A DNA stretch of 44,466 nucleotides from NCBI GenBank assembly GCA_043727235.1, contig JAYSYX010000051.1, forward strand, positions 1 to 44,466, read 5' to 3'. The translations under genes were made by a program, and so were the position numbers. The notes beneath the pieces are model-generated. The model did no database searches. It was not told the DNA's origin and saw only the letters and a list, made by a program, of their open reading frames with translations. Positions 18,913 to 29,900 of the stretch are shown in pieces. The number at the start of each line of letters is the position of its first letter. Position 1 is the stretch's first letter. The DNA is from Bacteroidota bacterium. GTDB lineage: Bacteria; Bacteroidota; Bacteroidia; Chitinophagales; BACL12.

Positions 18913-19092
18913 TCAGGCTTTCTTTTCGATTGCTATTTTTCCTCTGTATGTTCCACATTCAGGGCATACTCGGTGATACAAAGTTGGAGCACCACAATTT
19001 GCACAGTTGATCACATTTGGCGTTTCAATACCATGATGGGTTCTGCGGGTGCGAGTTCTTTGTTTCGAGTGACGTCGTTTTGGATTCGGCAT
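18913..19092 (-). CDS. rpmF: 50S ribosomal protein L32 (zinc-ribbon form); absent from ORF track
   Basis: Hand translation: MPNPKRRHSKQRTRTRRTHHGIETPNVINCANCGAPTLYHRVCPECGTYRGKIAIEKKA (59 aa); lies between yceD and fabH. Confidence 0.97.
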   Translation of the reverse strand: MPNPKRRHSKQRTRTRRTHHGIETPNVINCANCGAPTLYHRVCPECGTYRGKIAIEKKA

Positions 19093-19104
19093 TGTATTAT
19101 TGTT

Positions 19105-19638
19105 TTAATTTTTATTCAAATTATTTAAAATATCCCATCTGGGGTCAATTTCTTTTTTGTTTTCTTCTGCGTTTTCTGGTCCCAGCAACTTTAATATTTC
19201 AGGATCGCATCCAAAGTCACCATTCTTTTTATCGGGATGTGTCTTTTTTATCGGAATGGACAAATGAACAAATTCATACATCATATCCGATATATCTAAT
19301 ACCGAGTCGCCTTCGGAGATCCAGATAACATCTTCATTGTCCTTATCCTCCTCTCTTTCATCACCAACTTTAACATACAAGGTATAATTTCCATGTATTG
19401 GAAGGTCGAAACCCTGGCCACAGCGGTCGCATTCTGATGCTATACTGCCCGAAATGTCAAAATTCAGAACGAATAATCTGTCCTTTTTATCAAAAACCAG
19501 ATCCACAAATACCTTTCCCTGCTTTACCAGACTTTCCTCGAAGTGACTAAAAAAATTTTCCTCAAGCACAAAATTAAAGTGGTGCTCTTCCAACTTTAGT
19601 CCAACAAACGGAATCTGGTATGCCCTCAAATCTTTCAC
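19105..19638 (-). CDS. yceD: DUF177/YceD family protein
   Basis: CDRC motif, LSIP, C-terminal DPRW; directly upstream of rpmF; GTG start. Confidence 0.92.
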   Translation of the reverse strand: MKDLRAYQIPFVGLKLEEHHFNFVLEENFFSHFEESLVKQGKVFVDLVFDKKDRLFVLNFDISGSIASECDRCGQGFDLPIHGNYTLYVKVGDEREEDKDNEDVIWISEGDSVLDISDMMYEFVHLSIPIKKTHPDKKNGDFGCDPEILKLLGPENAEENKKEIDPRWDILNNLNKN

Positions 19639-19664
19639 GTCCCAACTGTTTTAAAAAAGGCTGA

Positions 19665-19672
19665 CAAAGGTA
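19665..19672 (-). promoter_or_regulatory. -7 promoter box for yceD-rpmF-fabH
   Basis: TACCTTTG on minus strand, 26 nt before the start codon. Confidence 0.6.
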
Positions 19673-19749
19673 GTGAACAAAAGGCAAAAAGGGGAAAGTT
19701 TTTGATTTTATTGGCCAAAGAGGGCATAAAAAGCGGGTTTTTGTGGCTA

Positions 19750-20157
19750 TTAGCTCACAAAATGGCCAATTTCGGCTCTTAGAGATTCCGGAATTGGCAA
19801 TTTTTGATCGTTATTGAAATTATACATCACCAAAACATCCGTCCCAATGGTGGAAAGTTCTTTATTTCCGTTAAATATCTTGTGTTGTAATCCGAAACTT
19901 GTAGTCTTAATAAATTCCACACTTGTTTCTATACTTATGGTATCAGGGTAAAAAAGTGGTTTTTGATATTGTATGGATGAGGTAGCCAACATAAAACCAA
20001 TTTTTTGCTCCTCAAGCATTTTCATTAACCCTATCTTCTCTACAAAATTTACCCTCGCTGATTGGATGTATTTGGCATACATTACATTATTAATATGACC
20101 GAAAAGATCCATTTCGCTCCAATCAACCCTTAGCGTTAAAATAACCGGTGAACTCAT
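19750..20157 (-). CDS. Acyl-CoA thioesterase (YbgC/FadM hot-dog fold)
   Basis: EMDLFGHINNVMY..AR motif, PL.YPD, PIP. Confidence 0.9.
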   Translation of the reverse strand: MSSPVILTLRVDWSEMDLFGHINNVMYAKYIQSARVNFVEKIGLMKMLEEQKIGFMLATSSIQYQKPLFYPDTISIETSVEFIKTTSFGLQHKIFNGNKELSTIGTDVLVMYNFNNDQKLPIPESLRAEIGHFVS

Positions 20158-20171
20158 CTGATGGTAAAAAA

Positions 20172-21224
20172 TTATCTCTCCGCCTCAACAAATGAACGTT
20201 TTAGAGGGTTTTTAGTGCTTTCGGCATATGAAACCCTTCGGTTACAGATATCTATTGCAGCGAAAATAGCGTGTAACATACTTTCTCCGGAAGCCTCATT
20301 TTTACCTGCAATGTCATATGCCGTTCCGTGATCTGGAGAAGTGCGTACGAAGGGTAAACCGGCAGTGAAATTGATGCCGCTTCCAAAACTTAAGCTTTTA
20401 AATCCAACAAGTCCCTGATCGTGATACATAGCGAGAATTGCATCAAATTTTTGATAATTTCCGCTCCCAAAAAATCCATCCGCCGAGAAAGGACCAACCA
20501 CATATATTTTTTTATCCTGAGCAGCTTTTATGGCAGGAATAATAATATTAGTTTCTTCATCCCCCAGTAATCCCCCATCTCCTGAATGCGGATTTAATCC
20601 CAAAACTGCAATGGTGGGATTAAAAATTGCAAAATCCTGTTTTAAACTTAAATTTATCAGCTCAATTTTTTGTAGAATTTTTTCCTTTGTAATTGCTGCT
20701 GGAATTTCTTTTATTGCTAAATGATTGGTCACCAAACCAACACGAAGATTTTCATTCATCAGCATCATCACACTTTCTTTGTTATTCGCTTTTGCATTAA
20801 AATATTCCGTATGACCATGGTAATTAAAACCACTTTGCTGCATGTTATTTTTATTGATAGGCGCTGTTACAAGAGCATCTATCTTATTGGCTAAAAGGTC
20901 TTGTGTGGCTGTTTCCAGACTTATCAAAGCAGCTTTTCCAGAAACCGGCGTGTCTATTCCGGGTTGTAAAATAATATCCTCGGTGATACAATTAATGATA
21001 TTAACTGATTTGGTATTTGTTTGATCCGCATCACTGCAGGTTGTATAATTAAATCCTTCTAAATTGAACATTTTTTTATAAAAAGAAAGAATTCTGTTGG
21101 ATCCATAAATAACCGGGGTACATAATTTTAAGATGCGGTTATCTTCCAGCGCTTTTATCAGAACTTCCGGCCCTATCCCATTTACATCTCCAAGAGTGAA
21201 TCCTATCTTTAATTTATTGTCCAT
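20172..21224 (-). CDS. pdxA: 4-hydroxythreonine-4-phosphate dehydrogenase
   Basis: GDVNGIGPE, TAPINK, GHTEY, NPHSG, MYHDQG, RTSPDHGTA. Confidence 0.95.
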   Translation of the reverse strand: MDNKLKIGFTLGDVNGIGPEVLIKALEDNRILKLCTPVIYGSNRILSFYKKMFNLEGFNYTTCSDADQTNTKSVNIINCITEDIILQPGIDTPVSGKAALISLETATQDLLANKIDALVTAPINKNNMQQSGFNYHGHTEYFNAKANNKESVMMLMNENLRVGLVTNHLAIKEIPAAITKEKILQKIELINLSLKQDFAIFNPTIAVLGLNPHSGDGGLLGDEETNIIIPAIKAAQDKKIYVVGPFSADGFFGSGNYQKFDAILAMYHDQGLVGFKSLSFGSGINFTAGLPFVRTSPDHGTAYDIAGKNEASGESMLHAIFAAIDICNRRVSYAESTKNPLKRSFVEAER

Positions 21225-21319
21225 AGATGTAAAATTAGATAACCCTTCGAAGATTTTTTAATCTGTATCGCGAATTAATGCGAAGTTTGCACTAACCAGA
21301 AGTTTAGTATTCTTTTTAT

Positions 21320-22099
21320 ATGCAACACAATTTCCACCATAAAAAATCTCTTGGGCAACATTTTTTGAAAAGTGAGGCCACGGCTTTGGAAATTGTGCGA
21401 GCCCTGAATCCCGAAAATGAAAATATTCCTATTCTTGAAATTGGTCCCGGACTTGGAATTTTATCCAAACACCTTCTAAAACTTCCAAACCCGATTTTTT
21501 TTAGTGAGCTGGATGCAAGGGTGATCTCATTTCTGGAGGAAGAACTTAAAATTGATCCCTCCTTTATAATATATGGGGACTTTTTAAAATTAGATCTCGC
21601 AAGGTATTTCAATGGAGAATTTCTGGTGATAGGCAATTTCCCCTATAATATTTCTTCCCAAATCCTATTTAAAATTCTTGATTTTAAGGCGCAGGTTCCC
21701 ATTTTAACGGGAATGTTTCAAAAGGAAATGGCTAAAAGGGTGGTTGCAAAACACGGAAATAAAGAATACGGAGTTATTACTGTGTTAGTCCAGGCCCATT
21801 ACGAATGCAATTATTTGTTTGAACTTCCCCCCTCAGCCTTTGAGCCTCCTCCAAAAGTAAATTCTGCCGTGATAAGGCTTACAAGAAAATCAACAATAAT
21901 TGATTATGATGAAAAGCTGTTTAAACAGATCGTAAAAGCCGGGTTTAATCAGAGAAGAAAAAAACTTTCCAACGCACTTTCAGGAATTCCGGGTTCAAAA
22001 GAAAAACTTGTTGGGCTTAACTTTGCCGACAAAAGAGCGGAACAATTAAGTGTAAAAGATTTTATTGATCTGACCAAAGCCTTAACTGCGGTCAAATAA
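21320..22099 (+). CDS. rsmA: 16S rRNA adenine dimethyltransferase (KsgA)
   Basis: KKSLGQHFL, EIGPGLG, GNFPYNIS, MFQKE, PPPKVNSAV, QRRK, RAEQL. Confidence 0.97.
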   Translation: MQHNFHHKKSLGQHFLKSEATALEIVRALNPENENIPILEIGPGLGILSKHLLKLPNPIFFSELDARVISFLEEELKIDPSFIIYGDFLKLDLARYFNGEFLVIGNFPYNISSQILFKILDFKAQVPILTGMFQKEMAKRVVAKHGNKEYGVITVLVQAHYECNYLFELPPSAFEPPPKVNSAVIRLTRKSTIIDYDEKLFKQIVKAGFNQRRKKLSNALSGIPGSKEKLVGLNFADKRAEQLSVKDFIDLTKALTAVK

Positions 22100-22123
22100 A
22101 TTATTTGCACCTATTATATATAT

Positions 22124-23077
22124 ATGTCTATCTTGAATAAAGTCATTATAACTGATCATATGCATCCATATCTGGAGGAACAACTGACCAAACTTGGTTT
22201 TGAGGTAGACGTTCAGCCGGATATTACAAATGAACAATTATTTGGGATAATAGATAAATATGCAGGTCTTGTATTAAGCACCAAAATAAAAGTAACGCCG
22301 ACCTTACTTGATAAGGCTACACAATTATTATTTATTGCCAGGGCAGGCAGTGGAATGGAAAATATAGATGTTACTTATGCACAGGTTAAAAATATTAAGG
22401 TGATCAACTCACCCGAAGGAAATGCCAATGCAGTTGCCGAACATGCAGTTGGATCTTTGCTGGCACTACTTAACAATATTTCCAAGTCAGACAGAGAAAT
22501 TAGGTCAGGCGTCTGGCTTCGCGAGCAAAACAGGGGAGTTGAACTTGCCGGAAAAACAATAGGTATAATCGGATATGGCAATACTGGCTCTGCATTTGCC
22601 GCAAAATTGCGATCCTTTGATGTTCATGTGCTTGCGCATGACAAATACATTTCCGGATTTGGTGATGGAAATGTTAAGGAATCTGATCCCGTCGAAATTA
22701 AGGAGAAAGCTGATATCATTTCATTTCATTTGCCACTCACAAAAGATACCTTTCATTACCTCAACGATAGCTTTATTGCCGATTTCAGTAAAAGTTTTTA
22801 TGTTATAAATACTTCCAGAGGGAAGGTTGTGGATTCGCGATCATTGCTAAAAGCGTTAGGTTCCGGAAAAGTGCTCGGGGCTGCTTTGGATGTTTTTGAA
22901 AATGAACAATTTTATCACTTGGAGGGGCACGACAAGTTAATTATGGAAAAAATGTGTGGTATGGAAAATATTATTCTTACCCCGCATATAGCAGGCTGGA
23001 CCCATGAATCACACTATAAAATCTCCAAAATATTGGCTGAAAGGATTGATGCGCTTAGACTTCTAAATGTTAAGTGA
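22124..23077 (+). CDS. D-isomer 2-hydroxyacid dehydrogenase (SerA-like, no ACT domain)
   Basis: RAGSGMENID, NANAVAEH, GIIGYGNTG, INTSRG, LDVFENE, TPHIAG. Confidence 0.9.
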   Translation: MSILNKVIITDHMHPYLEEQLTKLGFEVDVQPDITNEQLFGIIDKYAGLVLSTKIKVTPTLLDKATQLLFIARAGSGMENIDVTYAQVKNIKVINSPEGNANAVAEHAVGSLLALLNNISKSDREIRSGVWLREQNRGVELAGKTIGIIGYGNTGSAFAAKLRSFDVHVLAHDKYISGFGDGNVKESDPVEIKEKADIISFHLPLTKDTFHYLNDSFIADFSKSFYVINTSRGKVVDSRSLLKALGSGKVLGAALDVFENEQFYHLEGHDKLIMEKMCGMENIILTPHIAGWTHESHYKISKILAERIDALRLLNVK

Positions 23078-23195
23078 CAAAAATATGATATTAAAGTGAC
23101 TGGTGTATGACGGGAAAATTAATTAAAGGATATACTTTTGTTTTCAATTATTTACATAATTTAGCGACTCTTAACAAATTTTAAATTTTCGGTCT

Positions 23196-26100
23196 ATGAA
23201 TAAACTCCTTTACGCACTCGTTGTACTAGTTTTGTGTGTTGGTTCGGCAAACGCCCAATCCGGTGAGATTCAGGGAAAAGTTCTGAATGATAAGGCAGAA
23301 GGAATTCCCTTTGCAAATGTGGTTGCCTATAAAAATGGCGTACTGGTAACAGGAGCCACAACCGACTTTGATGGTAAATACGCAATTCCTGCCCTGGAAC
23401 CGGGTACTTACGAAATTGAAGCTTCCTATGTAGGATTAAAAAAACGCCTTACCGATATCACTGTATCGCAAGGTATTGTATTCCTCGACGACATATTGTT
23501 GAGCGATAAAATACTTGATGTGGTTATTATTAAATACCAGGCTCCTCTGGTTGACAAGGGAAATACAAGTACCGGAGGTGTTGTTACTAAGGAAGATATT
23601 CAAAAAATAGCTACTAGAAATGTTACTTCCATAGCCGCAACAAAAGAAGGAGTTTATCAGAGTGACGAAGGTGGTGGACTTAATATTAAGGGATCTCGTG
23701 GCGATGCTACGGAATATATTATTGATGGTGTTCGTGTTTCCGGTTCACTTAAATTACCGCAGGATGCAATTGAACAACTGGAAGTTATTACAGGTGGTGT
23801 TGATCCTAAATATGGTGATGCAACAGGTGGTTTTATCACAATTACTACAAGAGGCCCATCCAAAAACTATAATGGAAGTATGGAACTTGCCACTTCCGAA
23901 GTTTTAGATAATTATGGATACAATCTTGCCAGTTTGTTTTTGACAGGACCGATCATCATGAAAGACAAAGGTACGGACTCTGCGCAGGCGAAATTCGGTT
24001 TCTTTATAGCAGGTGAATTAGAAATGGAAAGAGATCCCGATCCTTCGGCGATAGGAAATTTTCAAGTTAAGGATGATGTGATGAATAGTTTAACTGTTGA
24101 TCCATTGCGTCCCTCTGTAACAGGATTAGGATTTAATAAAAATTCTGAATTTATAACTGATGAGGATATTGAAGCAATTCCCTACAGATTAAATACAAGT
24201 AATCGCGGACTCGCACTTTCAACTAAATTAGATTATAAATTTTCTCGTAATACAAATCTTCAGGTAGGTTTATCATGGAGAAATTTTCACGGCAATACTT
24301 ATGCAAGAACATTTGCATTATTTAATTCAGAAAATAATCCGGTAGACGATCAAAATACCTACCGTGGATATTTGCGTTTTACTCAGCGTTTTCCTGAAAA
24401 AAAATCAGCAACAACTAAAGAATCCGTTTTAGGTAATGCTTATTATTCCATACAACTGGATTATACAAAATTCTACAGCACTCGTCAGGATGGTGACCAT
24501 CAAATGAATCCATTTGCATATGGTTATATCGGACAATACAATACTTATAAAGCTCCGGTTTATTTTTATACAACTGATGAAACTACAGGATTAACAGGAT
24601 GGGTACTTGCAGGTTATGCTGATACGCTTGTTGAATTTACTCCTGGTGAAGCTAATCCTGAATTAGCTGAATATACTACTGAATATTATGAAGGAAGCGG
24701 AGTTCCGCCATCCAGTTTATTTGATATTCAACTAGGCGGAGGTCTTTTAAATGGGGAATCTTCTTCATTATTCCTTTCTACATATAATATGTGGTATAAT
24801 GCAGGAGTTCCATGGTTCAATTATTCCAAAACAAATCAGGACCAATACAGTTTGACTTTTGGTGCATCACTGGATCTTAAAAACCCAAATGCTACTAATG
24901 TTTCTAAACATGCCATCGAATTCGGATTTGAATTTCAACAACGCATCGAACGTTTTTATGGAGTAAATCCAATTGGATTATGGACCATTGCACGTCAACT
25001 TGCAAACAAACATATTTTAACACTTGATACCGATAATCCTCTACTTATTATTGATGGTGAACAATATACTTACGATGAATATATCAGCACTCCCGGTTTA
25101 TATTTTGGCGAATTTGATACCATAACTTACGACAGGTTATCATTAAGCGATGATCAGGCATATTTCGATCAGCAATTAAGAAACAGATTAAATGAAATGG
25201 GCATGCCGGTTGGTGATCTTGATTATATTAATATAGATAATCTTCCATTAGATGTATTTTCAATGGATCTTTTTAGTGCCGATGAATTATTAAATCAAGG
25301 TAGTTCATTAGTATTTTATAATGGATACGATTATTTAGGAAACGATGTAACAGGTGCACCATCCTTCAACGACTTTTTTACACAAAAGAATGATGACGGA
25401 TTATACACGCGTCCTATTGATGCATTCCGCCCGGTTTATACTGCCGGATATATTCAGGACAGATTCAATTTTAATGATATCGTATTCCGCGTAGGTGTTC
25501 GTGTTGACCGTTATGATGCAAACAGAAAGGTATTGAGGGATAAATATTCATTATATGATGTTTATTCTACTTCAGAAGTGGATGGTTCACTTAATCCAAA
25601 TGGTGAACACCCTGGAAATATCGGAGAGGATTATGTTGTATATGTTGATGATTTTAACAGCCCAAGTCCTACAGTTTTAGGTTACCGCGATGAAGATGTT
25701 TGGTATAATGCAGATGGTCAGGAAGTATCTGATCCCAACGTAATTGCAATCACTTCATCTACAGGTACAATTACACCTTACGTAATTGATCCTGACGCAA
25801 ATATTAAAGATGAAAATTATGATCCGAATTCTTCATTTGAAGATTATACTCCGCAGATCACCATAATGCCAAGGATCGCATTCTCTTTCCCAATTTCAAA
25901 AGTTAAAGACAGAGAAGCATTATTCTTTGCACACTATGATATCTTAACCCAGCGCCCTCCAACTGGAACTTCTGCAAGTCCCGCAGATTATTATTTCTTC
26001 CTGGAAAACGCAGGAGCATTATTAGATAACCCGGATCTTAAACCGGAAAAAACGATTGACTATCAGGTTGGTTTCCAACAACAATTATCACCATCATCAG

Positions 26101-26912
26101 TAATTAAAATTTCTGCCTTTTATAAAGAATTGAGAGATATGATTCAAGTGGTTAATGTGCCTTATGCATATCCGCTTTCTTATTCAACCTACGGAAATCT
26201 TGACTTTGGAACTGTTAAGGGATTAACTGTTTCTTATGATATAGCACGGAGAACAAGAAACCTTAAACTTTCTACAAGTTATACTTTGCAATTTGCCGAT
26301 GGAACAGGTTCCAGCGCAACTTCACAGATCAACCTTGTAGGTGCAGGTCAACCAAACTTAAGAACAATCATCCCGCTGTCTTATGATTCAAGACACAGTG
26401 TAAAATTAGTACTCGATTATCGTTTCGACGATCCTGAAGGTGGTCAGCCAACCTGGTTAAATGATGTAGGACTTAATACTACTTTTAATGCGCGTTCAGG
26501 TGAACCGTATACTCGTCAGGCAAATCCTCTTGCAACTGCTCAGTTTGGAGCAAATACAAGAGCAACTTTGGAAGGTGGTATAAACGGATCTCGTTTGCCT
26601 TGGCATTACAGAACTGATATCAAACTTGATAAAGCATTCACTTTTGGTATAGGTAAAAACGACCGACCTGTTAGTATGGATGTTTATTTATGGGTGCAAA
26701 ACCTGTTTGATAACAGAAACGTGATAGCTGTATATGCTTATACCGGTAACCCATTGGATGACGGATATTTAGCGTCTGCAGAAGGTCAGCAAATTGTGAG
26801 CACTGTATTAGATGCTCAATCCTTTACCGATCTATATAATATTAAAGTACAAAACCCCGATAATTATAGCATTCCAAGAAGAATACGTCTTGGTGTTGCT
26901 TTTGATTTCTAA
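23196..26912 (+). CDS. Very large TonB-dependent-receptor-type outer membrane protein with N-terminal carboxypeptidase-regulatory-like domain
   Basis: Signal peptide; GEIQGKV..GIPFANV..TDFDGKY; plug-like LNIKGSR..YIIDG..IEQLEVITGG..YGDATGG.I.ITT; late barrel motif NPDLKPEK; PRRIRLGVAFDF terminus. Confidence 0.88.
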   Translation: MNKLLYALVVLVLCVGSANAQSGEIQGKVLNDKAEGIPFANVVAYKNGVLVTGATTDFDGKYAIPALEPGTYEIEASYVGLKKRLTDITVSQGIVFLDDILLSDKILDVVIIKYQAPLVDKGNTSTGGVVTKEDIQKIATRNVTSIAATKEGVYQSDEGGGLNIKGSRGDATEYIIDGVRVSGSLKLPQDAIEQLEVITGGVDPKYGDATGGFITITTRGPSKNYNGSMELATSEVLDNYGYNLASLFLTGPIIMKDKGTDSAQAKFGFFIAGELEMERDPDPSAIGNFQVKDDVMNSLTVDPLRPSVTGLGFNKNSEFITDEDIEAIPYRLNTSNRGLALSTKLDYKFSRNTNLQVGLSWRNFHGNTYARTFALFNSENNPVDDQNTYRGYLRFTQRFPEKKSATTKESVLGNAYYSIQLDYTKFYSTRQDGDHQMNPFAYGYIGQYNTYKAPVYFYTTDETTGLTGWVLAGYADTLVEFTPGEANPELAEYTTEYYEGSGVPPSSLFDIQLGGGLLNGESSSLFLSTYNMWYNAGVPWFNYSKTNQDQYSLTFGASLDLKNPNATNVSKHAIEFGFEFQQRIERFYGVNPIGLWTIARQLANKHILTLDTDNPLLIIDGEQYTYDEYISTPGLYFGEFDTITYDRLSLSDDQAYFDQQLRNRLNEMGMPVGDLDYINIDNLPLDVFSMDLFSADELLNQGSSLVFYNGYDYLGNDVTGAPSFNDFFTQKNDDGLYTRPIDAFRPVYTAGYIQDRFNFNDIVFRVGVRVDRYDANRKVLRDKYSLYDVYSTSEVDGSLNPNGEHPGNIGEDYVVYVDDFNSPSPTVLGYRDEDVWYNADGQEVSDPNVIAITSSTGTITPYVIDPDANIKDENYDPNSSFEDYTPQITIMPRIAFSFPISKVKDREALFFAHYDILTQRPPTGTSASPADYYFFLENAGALLDNPDLKPEKTIDYQVGFQQQLSPSSVIKISAFYKELRDMIQVVNVPYAYPLSYSTYGNLDFGTVKGLTVSYDIARRTRNLKLSTSYTLQFADGTGSSATSQINLVGAGQPNLRTIIPLSYDSRHSVKLVLDYRFDDPEGGQPTWLNDVGLNTTFNARSGEPYTRQANPLATAQFGANTRATLEGGINGSRLPWHYRTDIKLDKAFTFGIGKNDRPVSMDVYLWVQNLFDNRNVIAVYAYTGNPLDDGYLASAEGQQIVSTVLDAQSFTDLYNIKVQNPDNYSIPRRIRLGVAFDF

Positions 26913-26932
26913 ATAGATTTAAACTGTTGAAT

Positions 26933-29900
26933 ATGTTAAAAAATAAACTGAATTGGATTTTACTTTTCACCTTGTTCGCAAGCATGAATGTTTATGCTAA
27001 GGAGAACATTGGGATCACAGGTAAACGTTTAAATACCTATGCTAAACTTACGGCAGGATGTTCTGATGCCACTACGCAAGTAGATCTTGACATCAACAAC
27101 GTGCGTTGCCGATTGTTAGGTGCAGGTGATTTCTGGTGGGATCTTCAAAATGATGCAAAATATGAAATTCCGAAGGTGGACCCTTCAACAGGGACTATTC
27201 CTGTAAGCTCCAGTTTTGCGGGTGCTCTTTGGGTTGGTGGTATTGATGCCGGCGGTCAGTTGAAGATTGCAGCACAAACCTATCGCCAGAGCGGAAACGA
27301 CTTCTGGCCTGGTCCGTTGGATACTGACGGAACCATTGAAGAAGCTACGTGTAACGCTTATGACCGTCACTGGAAAGTAAACAGAACAGAACTCGACGAT
27401 TTTTTTGAAACGATATTGGAATATGGTGGAAATCCCGGAGTTTCTGAAACACCTGCAGAAATTCCCGAAAACAGAATTCCAACCGTGGTTCGTGAGTGGC
27501 CTGGTTTGCAAAACCCTATGGCTACAGGTAAGGCAGGAGAATTGCTGAACGTTACCCGCGATCTAGCACCTTTTGTGGATGTTAATTTCAACGGTATTTA
27601 TGAGCCTCAATTGGGAGAATATCCGGATATTGATGGTGATCAGGCTATTTTCTGGGTATATAATGATAAAGGAAATATCCATACTGAATCCGGTGGAGAT
27701 GCAATTGGCATTGAGATCCAGGCACTGGCTTTCGGATTTACGACAAATGATGAAATTAACGACATGACCTTCTATCGTTACAAGGTTACCAATTTTGCAA
27801 CTACCTCGCTCGACTCTACTTATTTCGGACAATGGGTGGATTCAGATCTTGGAGCTTATGACGACGACTGGGTTGGATGTGATACAGTACTTTCTTTGGG
27901 TTTATGTTATAATGGTGACCTTGTTGATGGTCCTACCTCTCCAAACTACGGTGCTAATCCTCCGATCTTTGGAACAGACTTTTTCCAGGGACCTATTAAA
28001 TATACATTTGATGATGGCGTAATTACAGATAGCGTGAGATTGGGTATGTCATCATTTTTATATTACGATAACAACTTTCTAATCACCGGTAACCCAGAGG
28101 TTGCGGCACATTATTATGGTTATATGTCCGGAACATGGAAAGATGGATCTCCATTTACCTATGGTGGAAACGGATACGGTGGAACTGAACGCACAAATTT
28201 TATTTTCCCGAGTGATCCTTCCGATCCTACAGGATGGAGCGAATGTACTGAAGGTAACACTGCTTTCGACAGACGTTATTTACAATCATCAGGTCCTTTC
28301 AAATTATTACCCGGTGCTAAAAATGAAATAGTGATGGGTGCAATATGGGTTCGTCCTCCGGTATCCGGTGGTTGTCAGACCTCCTTTGACCTTGCCCGTC
28401 TGGCAGATCAGAAGGCACAGGCTTTATTTGATGCGAATTTCCAATTGATAGGTGGTCCTGATGCACCGGATCTTGATATCCGCGAATTAGATCAGGCATT
28501 GGTTCTTTCATTAACAAATGGTCCAACTTCAAATAACATAGGTGAAGCATACGAAGAAACCGATCCATTGATCGTGAGTATTGTTAGTCAGTTACCTGAC
28601 AGCGTTATAGAAGCAAATCCGGGAATTACTGACACAACTTATGGTTTCCAGGGATATAAGATCTATCAGTTGGAGAATGCACAGGTATCTCCGTCTGAAT
28701 ATAACGATGTAACAAAAGCAAAACTAATTTTCCAGAGCGACCTTAAAGATGGTATTGATAAGATCGTAAATTATAGTTTCGATGTTACTATCGGAGCTGA
28801 TGTTCCGGAATTAATGGTGGAAGGATCTGACGAAGGGGTGAAACATACCTTTTATGTGACAGATGATGCCTTCGCTGCTGGAAATTCAACATTGGTAAAT
28901 TTCAAGACATACTATTTTTCTGTAGTGTCGTATGCACATAACAACTTCCTGCAATATGATGTTACCAATCCGAATTCTCAGAAACGACCATATTTGGAAG
29001 GAAGGAAAAATATTAAAATTTATACCGCAATACCGCATAAACCAGATCCTGAAAATGGAGGTATGGTGCTGAATGCAGATTATGGCGATGGTCCCGATAT
29101 CACAAAAATTGAAGGTATTGGAAATGGAGGAAATTTCCAGGAATTAACAGATGCTTCTGTGGAAACTATACTTACGAATTCATTTATGCTCGCACCTGTT
29201 TACAAGGGTCGCAAAGCTCCGATAGACGTGATGGTTTATGATCCTGTTCGTTTGCCTGCTGCTGAATTCGAATTAAAAATGGTGGATTCTACAAATAGTA
29301 ATCCATTAAATGCGGATAGTACCTGGTGGGTGTTAACTAATCTTACCGATGGTATTTCAGTTGTGTCCGATTTCCCGATTAATTTTGTAAATGAACAGAT
29401 AATTCCTGATTGGGGATTGTCGGTTACTGTGCACAATGTTCAAAATCCGGGTGGTCAAACCGTAAGTGGTTCTTTCGTAGAAAAAGAAGAAAACAATGGT
29501 TTATTGGGTGCTACATTGACTTATGAAAATCCTAATAAACAATGGTTGACAGGAGTTCCTGATAATGATGGTACTGTATTAGACTGGATCCGTTCAGGTA
29601 TTGCCGATGGACTTTTTGCCGATGTATTGCCAAATCCGGATGAGAATCAGGTGTTTGAAGGAATATTGGGTGGAACCTGGGCTCCTACAGAACTTGTTGC
29701 TTTTAATACAGCAGATGTTCCATATATGCCATTGCGTTCAATAGTTGGCTTACGTCCTCAAATTCCAATTGAAGAAACAATTGGGGTGGATGTTGTTTTC
29801 ACATCCGACAGATCGAAATGGTCGAAATGTATGGTTGTTGAAAGCGGGGAATGCACAACAGTAAGAGATGAAGTAAAATTGGATTTACGTCAGTTGCCTT

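Noticed and set aside
19017-19328. 103-aa plus-strand ORF
   Set aside because: Antisense to rpmF and yceD, which are both well supported.
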